Shown piece by piece: positions 10,091 through 19,832 of a stretch of 64,000 nt of DNA. Each line of letters begins with the position of its first letter. Within the stretch, counting starts at the first letter, position 1. Location of the stretch: sequence record NC_041884.1. One strand, 5' to 3'. The translations under genes and the position numbers were made by a program. The notes below the pieces were generated by a model that worked only from the letters and a program-made list of their open reading frames with translations, did no database searches and was not told the origin of the DNA.

Positions 10091-11739
10091 TAGAAAGGTA
10101 TATCTCTTGGATAAGGAGCAATATCATAATGGCTAGTTGTTAATTGTTTTAAAGACAACCACTCTTTAGTAACTTCTAAAAGTTCTTCATTAGATCTTAA
10201 AGGATGGTTATAAGCAAGTTTAGCTTGAATAACATCATTGCCTTTAGTAACTTCAATACAAGCTATAGGTTCATTAGATGTTTTATCATATACGCCTACG
10301 ATTGAAATCTCACCTGATACAGCTTTAGTATCATAAACAGCTACACAGATATGAAGTTTAGTTCCAAGATCTAATAACATTTGTGTATGCGTTGCAGGAA
10401 CAAATGAATAGTTTTCTGTCTCGTAAGCTAAAGCAAGTCTATCTTCTGTAAGAGGAATTTCTCTTAAATAATTAGCATCTCTAATGTTACGTTGCAATTG
10501 AGATAAACCATCATGTATTTCAGGAATAGATCTTTTTGGATTCATTACTTCTAAAAGAAGATGCTGTTGATCTTCTCTAAGAAGACTTGTTACTCTAAAA
10601 TAAAGAGAACTGATATCATTAAATATATAAGATCGCTTAAAATTAACAATCTTTTTTAGACTATATCCATATGATAGAAGAATCTGAATAACATCTACAC
10701 AACGAATGTCTATATTATGATTTGTTAATAATAATTCTAAATTATTGGGATCAAACAAGGAATCAATCTTTGCTTTCTTAAGTAAATGAAAAGCTTTAAT
10801 TCGATTATAATCTTGACTTAAGAATCGTTGTATTTGTTTATTAGAGGATCCAATAAATTTTTCTCTTAAAGCTCTAGTACCATATTTATCATAATGATAT
10901 TTAAGAGTAGAGTATTTAATATGAAGACTTTTAACAGGATTACCATTACCAATAACGACATTTAAATCCATCCAGAGAGGATTTCGTAAAGCTCTCATTC
11001 CAGGTCTAAACCCAGATTTTCTTAAAATAGGATAATTATATCTTACATTATTCTCTTCTAAAACATCTAAGAACGTATGGTATAGAGTAGTATCATGTCT
11101 AATTTCATTAGGTACTGCAAATAACTTAATATTATTTCTAGAAATTTTAATATTCCCATCTTCGAAGAAATAGAATAAATGGTAAGATTTACTCTTATTC
11201 GTTCTAATACCTATAGATCCAGTTTTCTTATTTAACCAACATTTCTCTAAAAACCTACTAACTCTAATATAGGTATCAGTTACTTTAACTTTATAATTAA
11301 AATAACTAGAGAAACACTTAACTATAGTTTTATACCGTTGACTTTCTATTACAGGTTGTCTTTCTTCAAGTTTATTAATACCATAACCAGTACTATTAGT
11401 TGTCATTGTAAACCGTTCAGTTATATCAGCAACAACATTAGATATAGAAGTTGAAACACCTATTTCACCATGACTATAACCAAGTAAGAGAAGCAAGTCA
11501 GTTTTTAAAATAGGCACAACATGAGAAGGAATTCCAGTTCTAGTAAATGGATTATGTTTCTCTGAATATTCAGCAAGTACAGAAATCCAATACTTTTCTG
11601 GTATATCTTCTAACAACTTTCTAGAATTAGAAGATAACAAATGTTTTGTATAAGGCTCGATTGGTCGTGCTTTTTCATAACCCTTTAAGGCAGCACGATT
11701 ATGATCTAATTTATTAGGCACTTGAAAGAGTCTACTCAT
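10090..11739 (-). CDS. PcfJ-like domain protein
   Basis: C-terminal HDxL...LGTKLHICVAVY...IACIEV...IQAKLAYN pattern. Confidence 0.7.
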   Translation of the reverse strand: MSRLFQVPNKLDHNRAALKGYEKARPIEPYTKHLLSSNSRKLLEDIPEKYWISVLAEYSEKHNPFTRTGIPSHVVPILKTDLLLLLGYSHGEIGVSTSISNVVADITERFTMTTNSTGYGINKLEERQPVIESQRYKTIVKCFSSYFNYKVKVTDTYIRVSRFLEKCWLNKKTGSIGIRTNKSKSYHLFYFFEDGNIKISRNNIKLFAVPNEIRHDTTLYHTFLDVLEENNVRYNYPILRKSGFRPGMRALRNPLWMDLNVVIGNGNPVKSLHIKYSTLKYHYDKYGTRALREKFIGSSNKQIQRFLSQDYNRIKAFHLLKKAKIDSLFDPNNLELLLTNHNIDIRCVDVIQILLSYGYSLKKIVNFKRSYIFNDISSLYFRVTSLLREDQQHLLLEVMNPKRSIPEIHDGLSQLQRNIRDANYLREIPLTEDRLALAYETENYSFVPATHTQMLLDLGTKLHICVAVYDTKAVSGEISIVGVYDKTSNEPIACIEVTKGNDVIQAKLAYNHPLRSNEELLEVTKEWLSLKQLTTSHYDIAPYPRDIPF

Positions 11740-11745
11740 TAATGA

Positions 11746-11964
11746 TTACCCTAATACAATTATTTTAGTTAATCCTTCTTCATCTGGAATTTCTTTTATA
11801 GTTAAAATAGAACTAGACTTAGAAGGAAAGTCATCTTTATAAAAACCAATACCTAATTGAGATATTGGTTCTACTGTATCACTTTCAGTAACAAAACATA
11901 CTTCTGCTTGAGGAGTATGCTTTTTAATTTTATTTAATTGACGAATTAAATCACTTACATTCAT
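11746..11964 (-). CDS. small hypothetical protein
   Basis: MNVSDLIRQL N-terminus, coupled to the ThiF gene. Confidence 0.55.
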   Translation of the reverse strand: MNVSDLIRQLNKIKKHTPQAEVCFVTESDTVEPISQLGIGFYKDDFPSKSSSILTIKEIPDEEGLTKIIVLG

Positions 11965-13016
11965 TACTTAACCAAGTTACTAATATGAGCAGCTTTACTT
12001 AATTCAAATAATTTCTGATGACTTTCACAGATATCATCAGGGAACTCACTACGAGATAAATCCCCAGCGAATAATACAGAAGCATGAGTTGGAAGTTCCT
12101 TCTCAATACTAACATTAATACCACAAGTAAATTTAATTTTACGATGAGTAATACAGTCAGCAATAGAAGTTTGATATAAGTTAGCTAAAATAGAAGCTGC
12201 CATATCATTACCATTAAACATTTGTTCTGGATTGTCAGCAGTACCTTCTGCATCAGCATCAGCACAAGAATGTACTTTTACTTCTTCCACATCATCAATA
12301 AACGATGGGTGATCCAAGGTATATAAATTTGTAAACACTGGATAAGATACATAACATTGACCGTTAAATAAGTTGATTCCTGCATTGAAATAAATCAAAC
12401 AAGTTTTCTTATAAATAACATAATCAATTTTACGTTTAAATACTTCATTATCTACAAGATTTACAATGATATCAGAAGATTGAATATAGTCATCAATATT
12501 AAAGAAAACATCCTGATCAAGAGGTTGCTCTAACTTAGATACTTTTTGATCATACTCTACAGAAGTACCATATAAAGGAATAGATACTACAGAGATACGA
12601 GGATAAAGATTATTATAACGTTCAGCAAGTACGTCAGATTTTTTCTGACCTACATCTTCATTAATGAAGTTTTGACGAATAATGTTTTTAGTTTCAACCT
12701 CATCATGATCCATGATAACAATTTCAAGATCATAAGCTTGTTCAGGACATTTAGTAAAAGCATCGTTATAAATCTTTAAAAGCTTAGGTAAGAACCAACT
12801 AGCAGTTCCTCCAGCTCCGAACATAACGACACGTGATTTACGATTTAATACATCCTTTAAAAGGTTTTTAGATACAGCTGAACGTAATTGAATCATTTCA
12901 ACAAAACCAACTGAAGCTGTTGCATCAGCTTGTAATTTGGTTTCGTCTTCATAACGATATTTAGTACGAATATCTAAGCTGTCATACCAGTTAAGAACAT
13001 TTTGATTGATTGACAT
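11964..13016 (-). CDS. ThiF/E1-family adenylating enzyme of a ubiquitin-like system
   Basis: GAGGTAS nucleotide-binding loop, DHDEVETKNIIRQNF, VHSCAD candidate catalytic Cys; start MSINQ at 13016 (track start 13046). Confidence 0.88.
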   Translation of the reverse strand: MSINQNVLNWYDSLDIRTKYRYEDETKLQADATASVGFVEMIQLRSAVSKNLLKDVLNRKSRVVMFGAGGTASWFLPKLLKIYNDAFTKCPEQAYDLEIVIMDHDEVETKNIIRQNFINEDVGQKKSDVLAERYNNLYPRISVVSIPLYGTSVEYDQKVSKLEQPLDQDVFFNIDDYIQSSDIIVNLVDNEVFKRKIDYVIYKKTCLIYFNAGINLFNGQCYVSYPVFTNLYTLDHPSFIDDVEEVKVHSCADADAEGTADNPEQMFNGNDMAASILANLYQTSIADCITHRKIKFTCGINVSIEKELPTHASVLFAGDLSRSEFPDDICESHQKLFELSKAAHISNLVK

Positions 13017-16000
13017 TTGTTGTCTCGATAGTTGTATTGTCTTCACTTAATTTGACAATAGTTTTTGCAAATTCATCAGCGACTAGACGTTCTAGTTTTT
13101 CTGATAACTCATACATTTCTGGAACTTCTGCTCCTGACTCGTCTGCATATTTAATTACACAAGCAATAGCTTTGTCTACAAACTCAAGAGCAAGAGATTC
13201 TGAATACTTAACACCATAACGTACTTTATTGATTAAACCATAAATATCGTTAAATGGATTTTTTACTGAATAAAAGTTCGAAGAGTTGCTAGTAGTTGTT
13301 TTAGCTTTATTATTGGGATGTACCTTCCAGCCTTGAGCACTATAGTAGTCCTCATAATCACCTTCAGTCCAACCTGCATACCCACCAGTAGTTCCTGTTT
13401 TACCTGCACCATACATACCTGTGTACATAGGAGCAAACTCAGTGATATTAGCATAATCACTTTCTGGAACAGTGTAATCACTAGTAGCTGTAACACCTAG
13501 TTCATTTGAAAAAATATCTTCGATCTTAAGTTTAATTTCTTTACCATTAGATGCTGCCCGTACAACCATTTCAGGGAGTTCATTGTCAATTTTACCAATT
13601 ACCCCAAAGTAACGAGTTGCCGTTTCATCTTTAAGATCCATTATCTTTTAAGTAGTTCGTTAGACTACTTAGAGTAATCATTAATATTAACCTTATTATA
13701 ATAAATTTCAGTATAACCTCCAAAAATATTACCATTAAAATCTACTGATTTGTTAGATTTTTTAATATTTTGTTCGATTAAAAATAAATCAGGCAATAAT
13801 CCGTTCAATAGTATCTCTTAAGTTTATTTCAACATCAGGATAAAATTTTCTCATTTCTTGTCTTAATTTATATAATCGTCTTTTTGGATTAATACTTAAA
13901 CCATATTTATAATAAATACTATTATTAATTTTTATTTCAAATTCGTATAAAAAGATAGTTTCTAAAGGTCTACGTTGAACTGTAGTTTTATTTAAAAATC
14001 CACTTTGGTTATTTCTAGAGCATGTAGGACAATTACTTCTAGATTGTAAATAGTCATTAGTGCGTGGTGTCCATGTGTTAGAACATTTTTTGCATTCTAA
14101 TTTTATAAATTTAGCATACTCTTGATAACTTCTAGTTAATAAAATGTATAAATCATCTTGGATAACTTTAGAAAGAATTGTAGAATATTTTAATAAATTA
14201 TAAAAATTAGATTTTTGAACTAATGCGTACATGAACTAACTCCCTTAACAAAATCATGAAATAAGGGAAAATAAATATTACCACATGTCTTATGAACTAG
14301 AGCTAATGATATTTTAGTAGTAATTTTAGATAAATCTTGATAGATATATTCATACTCTGAAAAAGTTGTATCAATATAAAGTTTTAAATCCTTTTCTGAT
14401 TTAAAACGTCTTGATTTTTCATTACAAACGCCTGACGTAAGTTTACAATCATTACAGAATTTAGGCTTATTATAAATCAAATTAAACCAATTACTTATAA
14501 CTTCTTTTTGACAAGTATTACAAATTACTAGTATTTTAGATTTGACATTTTTATAAGGTTCTACTTCTCTAATAAATGAAAAACAATTTTCACTTTGAAT
14601 AATCATTTTATATTTTTGAATTTGAAACAAATCTACTCCTCTATATTTCTATAGATGTTGAGACTATATCTTCATCCTATTAAATAGGAGTTTTATGTTT
14701 CCCTTTAATCCGTTCGGAACCACTTGGCGGTAGACCTAAATTTAATTTAGGAATTACTAGTCGTTGAACCTTCCTCTATATTACTAGAGGCTTGGCTGCT
14801 GATTGTCCATTACAAAGAATATATTAATATATTCATCTTCTTTATTTTCAAACATTCACGCTCATCTTTACAGATCACGTTGTAGTTAAAGAAGCTTTAG
14901 GAGTTTCCAGCAATTAATAAAATTTTGTCGACTACATTACTGTAGAAGGTGTCAATCTATTATTTAACACTACTGAAGAAAGCGCTCATATTGACGTGTG
15001 ACACCGTCATAATTGTTAACAAGAGTTTCTTTAATTATCTCTTTTCATTTCCTATCTAAAGTTTGGAAATAGTTCAGACTATCTAATCACCTTCAACAAC
15101 AAATATTTGCTTTGTTAAGGTGTTGGGCGCTCGTGGAGAGGTTATTGTTATCTTACTCACTCTCTAGTCGTTTAACGTTCTTGTCTCTTAATTAAGATAA
15201 GACAAGCTTCGCACAGTGTCGCCTACTAAGCTTCCACTGTTAGCTACAATATATAAATATAATAATGATACAGACTATTGGAATCTAACCAATTCATCCT
15301 AAGTTTACAAAGATGTTTCCCAACATTCTAAGCTCTTGGGGCGTTCACCTTTCACCAAGTCTGCATTACGAATTATCTCGGATTGGTAGGCCTTATGGGA
15401 TTCTAACCCATGATCTCACAAGTTATGAGCTTGGTGCTTTAGAACGCTAAGCTAAAGGCCTGTAATACCGAAAGAATTGGCATCGCCTGGAGGAATCGAA
15501 CCTCTCACGTCCTTCCTGCTTTTTACGTACCAGCTTAGAAGGCTGGTGCAGGGGCAAGCGACACAGATGATTAATTTCATTTTGTAAATTTATATAAGTA
15601 ACACCCTCTTTTGATCGAGGTTCACCCAATTATTCGATTACCATTTCTGATAAAAGCCACTCACATTTAATGGATATCCATAACTACAACTAAATCTGGA
15701 CTTGAATAAATCTCAGGAGTATTAGTATAGTTAATGGTTGCTGCGCTTACTTCTTGTTTAGGTACATGAATGAAGAAATCTTTTTTAATTTTATCCCAAA
15801 CAATAGCACAATAGACTTCAGATTTAATTGTCTTACTAATATTACGATAAAGAACAATTACTTGTTGTAATAATCCAGTAGGAATTTTTGGAATTTCAGA
15901 ATGATCAGGAGTAAAAGAAGTTTCACATTCTTTTGTCAAACCTAAAGCTTTGAAATCTTTTAATTCAGTAGGGATTACAAATGTACCAATAGGAGACTTA

Positions 16001-16101
16001 CGTTGCTGAAAAATACCATTAGCAAAGATTGCATTATGGATATTCTTACCTGATTCTGTATCAAATTTTTCAACAGCAAAAGAGTTAAATAAATCAAACA
16101 T
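12991..16101 (-). CDS. JAB/MPN+ metalloprotease, spliced: join(16101..15670, 15001..14966, 13638..12991), 371 aa
   Basis: joining the exons restores VMDIH|SHVNMSAFFSSV|DLKDETATRYFGVIG, the HxH...SxxD JAB motif; both junctions have a P1 U-G pair and a terminal G. Confidence 0.92.
13665..14232 (-). CDS. intron-encoded GIY-YIG/T5orf172-like endonuclease; the C-terminus lies in the +1 frame after CGG at 13801-13803
   Basis: CKKC..CPTC zinc ribbon, LYEF...YKYGLS...RRL; the +1 frame adds 45 aa ending FGGYTEIYY...; own SD AAGGGAG. Confidence 0.7.
14220..14630 (-). CDS. intron-encoded zinc-ribbon protein (endonuclease-associated part)
   Basis: CNTC...CNDC and HKTC...SCTH motifs; GAGGAG SD upstream of a TTG start. 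Confidence 0.65.
   Translation of the reverse strand: MFQIQKYKMIIQSENCFSFIREVEPYKNVKSKILVICNTCQKEVISNWFNLIYNKPKFCNDCKLTSGVCNEKSRRFKSEKDLKLYIDTTFSEYEYIYQDLSKITTKISLALVHKTCGNIYFPLFHDFVKGVSSCTH
15269..15364 (-). tRNA. tRNA-Leu(UAG)-like RNA with irregular anticodon stem, inside intron 1
   Basis: GCAGACT/AGTCTGT acceptor + A73, GG in the D-loop, CTTAGAA loop, long variable arm, ATTGG/CCAAT T-stem; CCA not encoded. Confidence 0.55.
15384..15461 (-). tRNA. tRNA with CAU anticodon (Ile2 or elongator Met) inside intron 1
   Basis: AGGCCTT/AAGGCCT acceptor, A73-CCA, CTCATAA loop, ATGGG/CCCAT T-stem; C4-G69 suggests Ile2. Confidence 0.88.
15478..15562 (-). tRNA. atypical tRNA-Arg(UCU)-like RNA inside intron 1
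   Basis: acceptor GTCGCTT/AGGCGAT + G + CCA, anticodon arm CCAGC-CTTCTAA-GCTGG, TTCGATT T-loop, no normal D-arm. Confidence 0.65.
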
Positions 16102-16985
16102 TAGAAGTGTCTCCCAATATTAATAGCACCATCGCCACCATTAGGTTCAAAAATATCATCAAATTTGTAACCTAATACTGAACAGAAATAGTAAAGAGTA
16201 AAGATATTATGATACCAATCATGTTCACGCTCTGTAATAGAACGAATAAAGTAATTGATTGAATCTTCACTTTCTGCTAATACTTCTGTTAAAAATTCTT
16301 TAAAACCTTCACGATTTGAATTAACAAAAGAAGTTTTAACTTGATTACGAATACGTAAATCAGAGTTAAAATTAGAATTTAAGTAAGCATGAATAGTAGA
16401 TACTTGTTTATAACTATCTTTTGCTTTTAATAAATCACGATCAAAACTTCCATGCCAACAAACATTGTGATCAAAGTGATTACACAACATAGAAAGAAGT
16501 TGAGAATCATTACTTGGCATATTAATAATGTTAGTAGTAATAATTCCGTAGTTATGAGTTACATTACTAAATTCTGAATTATTTGTATTAACGATTAAGG
16601 CGCCATAATTTTTTAATTTAAAATTAGGGAAACGTACAAAATGATTTTCATCGCCATCTTCATCTTCTTCAGTAATATGGCAGATTCCGTATTTATTGCC
16701 TTCTTTGATATTTACACTACCACCAAATTGGAAAGTACCTGTAAAGGTTACTTCAGGAATCATGTATAAACGTTTTACTTGTCCATTCGCTACACATTCA
16801 CGAATTAAATAAGGACTAATAAAACCAGTATCAGCTTCTTTTAAACCATTAACAGAAGCTTTAGTAAAGAGTTCAGGAACAGATGCTACAGGAACACGTT
16901 TAATAACAGATTGACGTCGATCATTAGTTACACTAACCCGTGCATGTGGTTGTGAACTGTCTAACGTTACATTAATAATAGTCAT
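16101..16985 (-). CDS. prokaryotic E2-like protein (PRTRC protein B / Prok-E2 type)
   Basis: LCNHFDHNVCWHG resembles the P.N....ICWG motif; lies between the Ubl and JAB genes. Confidence 0.6.
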   Translation of the reverse strand: MTIINVTLDSSQPHARVSVTNDRRQSVIKRVPVASVPELFTKASVNGLKEADTGFISPYLIRECVANGQVKRLYMIPEVTFTGTFQFGGSVNIKEGNKYGICHITEEDEDGDENHFVRFPNFKLKNYGALIVNTNNSEFSNVTHNYGIITTNIINMPSNDSQLLSMLCNHFDHNVCWHGSFDRDLLKAKDSYKQVSTIHAYLNSNFNSDLRIRNQVKTSFVNSNREGFKEFLTEVLAESEDSINYFIRSITEREHDWYHNIFTLYYFCSVLGYKFDDIFEPNGGDGAINIGRHF

Positions 16986-17717
16986 AGATATTTCGATTTA
17001 ATTGTAGGAGTAGAACTTAAGACCATAGTGAATTTACTGATGTAAGCATCCATCATTGATGTATCAGGAGCTTGTCGTCTAGTACGAGAAGATGGAAAAC
17101 GATCAACAATATTTCGAATAGTTCGTTCATCAACATCTGCATATCCATTAAGAATGCTTTCAACAAATTCAGGAATATTTAAATCTGGTCTACGTAATAA
17201 GGAGAGAACGTCAGTAGGAAGTTCTTGTGGGACTGTCCCATCAACTTCATTAGGAAACGTTTCAAATAAGGCTTCATTAATTAACAATTGTATGTACCTC
17301 ACGTCTGCTGAAGTAATCATTTTCTCTTACAATACGACTTAAACGTTCTAGAGAATTTCCACGTCTTAATGATACAGGAACACGAGAATCAGAGATGTCT
17401 TTAGTAAGAAGATCTTTAATAACATTAAGTGTCATTGTTAAATGAGATTTCACTGTCAGTTTATTAGGAGGAGAACAATCATACAGATCTTTCATCACGC
17501 TATAAATAAAAGGACTATATGATAGATACATATACATAGTAGCTACAGTATCAATATCAGAATAAGGGATATCAAAAGCAGCTAAGGTTTCTTGAAGGGG
17601 ATTTTCACTAGTTCTATGTGTATTTAAATGATGTTCAAAAGTAGAAGCTTGTCTACTATTAAAACGAGTAAATATTGTAGCTAGTAAATATTTTTCAAAC
17701 GATTTATCAATAATCAT
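16982..17717 (-). CDS. two hypothetical proteins inside the ubiquitin-like operon (16982-17320 and 17277-17717)
   Basis: coupled ORFs; no motif recognised. Confidence 0.6.
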
Positions 17718-17758
17718 TTTATGTATAACCAGAGAGAAGAAAAAACAAAATAGAAAAA

Positions 17759-17787
17759 GGAATATATACTAATTTAGTATATATTCC
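17759..17787 (-). terminator. intrinsic terminator after the Ubl gene
   Basis: 13-bp perfect stem GGAATATATACTA/TAGTATATATTCC followed by a U-rich tract on the minus strand. Confidence 0.75.
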
Positions 17788-17811
17788 TTAAATACTTAAA
17801 CCTTAATAGGC

Positions 17812-18009
17812 TTACGCAGCTTTGTTACCATCTTTCAATTGGAAAGTAACTTCATCACCAGTCACAACAACTTCAGCTTTATCAAGCTCGTTGTACATTT
17901 GACGGAAGATCGCTAAGATCTCTTGTGGAGTTTTGTTTGGAACAGGTTGACGAGTGATACCAGCAGAAGCGTAAGTTACATAATAAGTAGTTGAAGTAGT
18001 CATGGACAT
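17812..18009 (-). CDS. ubiquitin-like (beta-grasp) protein, PRTRC protein C type
   Basis: 65 aa, TPQEIL...MYNELDKA...VTFQ...GNKAA resembles TPEQV...YPEL..A...F...GTKG; strong codon bias. Confidence 0.75.
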   Translation of the reverse strand: MSMTTSTTYYVTYASAGITRQPVPNKTPQEILAIFRQMYNELDKAEVVVTGDEVTFQLKDGNKAA

Positions 18010-18019
18010 TTCCTTTTAA

Positions 18020-19042
18020 TTAATTAAATAGAGAAAACTCATCTAACACAAGTTGATTAATTTGAGAAGGTGTTAGAGAGTATAAAGTTTTAGTTTCGTA
18101 TTTTTCTTTCAAAGCTTTCATAAATAAACCAAGTTCTTTAGTTTCAAGTTTAGTAATTTCTTGTACCACACGACCATTAAACTTTTGTTTAACAGCTTGG
18201 CTAATTCTAAACTCTTCTCTTAAGATATTTACTTTGTCTTCTAAGAAAGGAAATACAGTTTTTAAATGATCAAAATGATCATAGGGAAGTTTTAATGAGT
18301 CTTTCGATAAATCAGGACGGGAATCAATATACTCTAAGAACATATTATAAACCTTTCTCTTTTTATCTCGAACTCTATTAACATTATTCAAGTTTTCAAA
18401 TTTATACAAACCTGTATAAAAATAAGGACTAGATGTTAACCAATCGAACATCTGTATATAAGTGTCAAACCCTTTATTAAATTGTTTAACATCTAATTCT
18501 AATAAATTTAAAACATCTAAATAATTAGTTGATAACTCTACTTCACCAAGTAAGTTATCTTGTTGATCTAAAGGTCGTACTTCATATGTTAAACCATACA
18601 TACCATGTTTAACCTTAAAGACGCCTTTAGATAGCCTTCCAATTAGATTACCTAAATCATTCCAACTAAGATAATTCTGTGTGTACTCAATGTACTGATT
18701 TTGAACGAATATTAAATCTATTTGAAAGGTACCTAATAAGAAAGATATTACTGGTCCGTTACGGAGAGCAATAATATTTTGACTACGTAAGTGTAAAAGA
18801 GTTTCAGTGATGGTGTTATTATTTTCTAATTCTACGAGGATGTCTAAATCGCCATGTGATTCTTTTTCTCTTACTGAGTCTATACATCTATACTTCAAAC
18901 CATTAGCTTCTAACATACATTTAACTGCATATAAGACACTAGGGTAATCAGTAACATGTAATCTTTTTAAAACATTTTCAGGATCTTTACTCTGAATGTA
19001 GGACTTAAAAGCATTTCCACCCATAGTAAGGGCTCCTTTCAT
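18020..19042 (-). CDS. Pol-beta superfamily nucleotidyltransferase-like protein
   Basis: KESHGDLDIL and QIDLI motifs. Confidence 0.65.
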   Translation of the reverse strand: MKGALTMGGNAFKSYIQSKDPENVLKRLHVTDYPSVLYAVKCMLEANGLKYRCIDSVREKESHGDLDILVELENNNTITETLLHLRSQNIIALRNGPVISFLLGTFQIDLIFVQNQYIEYTQNYLSWNDLGNLIGRLSKGVFKVKHGMYGLTYEVRPLDQQDNLLGEVELSTNYLDVLNLLELDVKQFNKGFDTYIQMFDWLTSSPYFYTGLYKFENLNNVNRVRDKKRKVYNMFLEYIDSRPDLSKDSLKLPYDHFDHLKTVFPFLEDKVNILREEFRISQAVKQKFNGRVVQEITKLETKELGLFMKALKEKYETKTLYSLTPSQINQLVLDEFSLFN

Positions 19043-19064
19043 ATTTCTTATTAAATTCTATATC

Positions 19065-19832
19065 TTACATGATTTCGTGCTTAACAAAAGCTTTAACCCA
19101 GAGTTTACAATCTTCTGATCTAACAATATCTTCAAAGTCATCAAAATCAATAACTCCTACTTTACGTTGTAGTTCAGGACTCTTACTAATAACATTTAAT
19201 AAAAGAGGAAGACCAGATTCTCTGTTTAACACTTTTTGACGTAAATCACCACAAAGTACCATCTTACCACCACCTTGACGGGTTACAGTAGAGATAGCAA
19301 TAGTTGTAGACATATCTTCAGCTTCATCAAAGATTACAAAATCTCGATTAGTAAATGACATGCCTTTAATAAATTCAGGTGCAAAACATAATATCTGTTC
19401 ACGTTTAATCAGGTATTCAACTAGTGTTGGAGTTAACTGTTTATTGAGAGTATCAATAATAGGCATCAACCAATACTTAGTTTTTTCAACTACATCACCA
19501 GGAAGTAATCCAATAGATTCTTCATCTGAAGTAGGTGTTCTAATTAAGATGATACGATCTATTTGCTTAGCACGTAACATCATTGCAGCCATCATAGTAG
19601 GAATATAAGTTTTACTTGTACCAGCTAAACCTGTAGCAATAGTTAAATTGCAATTTTCAATCATATGCATATATTGACGTTGTTTAGGATTACGTGGTGT
19701 TAGAGTGATCTTACGTTCTTGTAAAAACTTCTCAGAAATTACAGGATCATATTCTTTCTCTTCTAAAACTTTTCTACTATATTGGCTACTGCCACGTTCT
19801 GAATTTTTACCTTTAGAGTATCTTTTACTCAT
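19065..19832 (-). CDS. phoH: PhoH-family ATPase
   Basis: GLAGTSKT, LLPGDVVEK, DEAEDM, LCGDLRQ. Confidence 0.9.
   Translation of the reverse strand: MSKRYSKGKNSERGSSQYSRKVLEEKEYDPVISEKFLQERKITLTPRNPKQRQYMHMIENCNLTIATGLAGTSKTYIPTMMAAMMLRAKQIDRIILIRTPTSDEESIGLLPGDVVEKTKYWLMPIIDTLNKQLTPTLVEYLIKREQILCFAPEFIKGMSFTNRDFVIFDEAEDMSTTIAISTVTRQGGGKMVLCGDLRQKVLNRESGLPLLLNVISKSPELQRKVGVIDFDDFEDIVRSEDCKLWVKAFVKHEIM

Larger units (their letters stand above)
13639..14965 (-). mobile_element. group I intron 2 in the JAB gene (1327 nt, endonuclease ORFs in the P9 region)
   Basis: IGS AGATT-GACAC pairs with exon 2 GTGTT and exon 3 GATCT; P4 TTGCTG/CAGCAG; P7 GACTA/TAGTC; AAGATATAGTC element; ends in G. Confidence 0.92.
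15002..15669 (-). mobile_element. group I intron 1 in the JAB gene (668 nt, no ORF, contains tRNA genes)
   Basis: IGS TGTGA-GTGG pairs with exon 1 CCAT (P1, U-G) and exon 2 TCACA (P10); P3 TTGGGTG/CGCCCAA; P4 ACAGTG/CACTGT; P7 GACTA/TAGTC; P8 CACCTT/AAGGTG; ends in G. Confidence 0.9.

Noticed and set aside
13263-13496. 77-aa minus-strand ORF
   Set aside because: It lies in an alternative frame within JAB exon 3
15447-15629. 60-aa minus-strand ORF inside intron 1
   Set aside because: It overlaps the tRNA genes and intron helices; a shadow ORF
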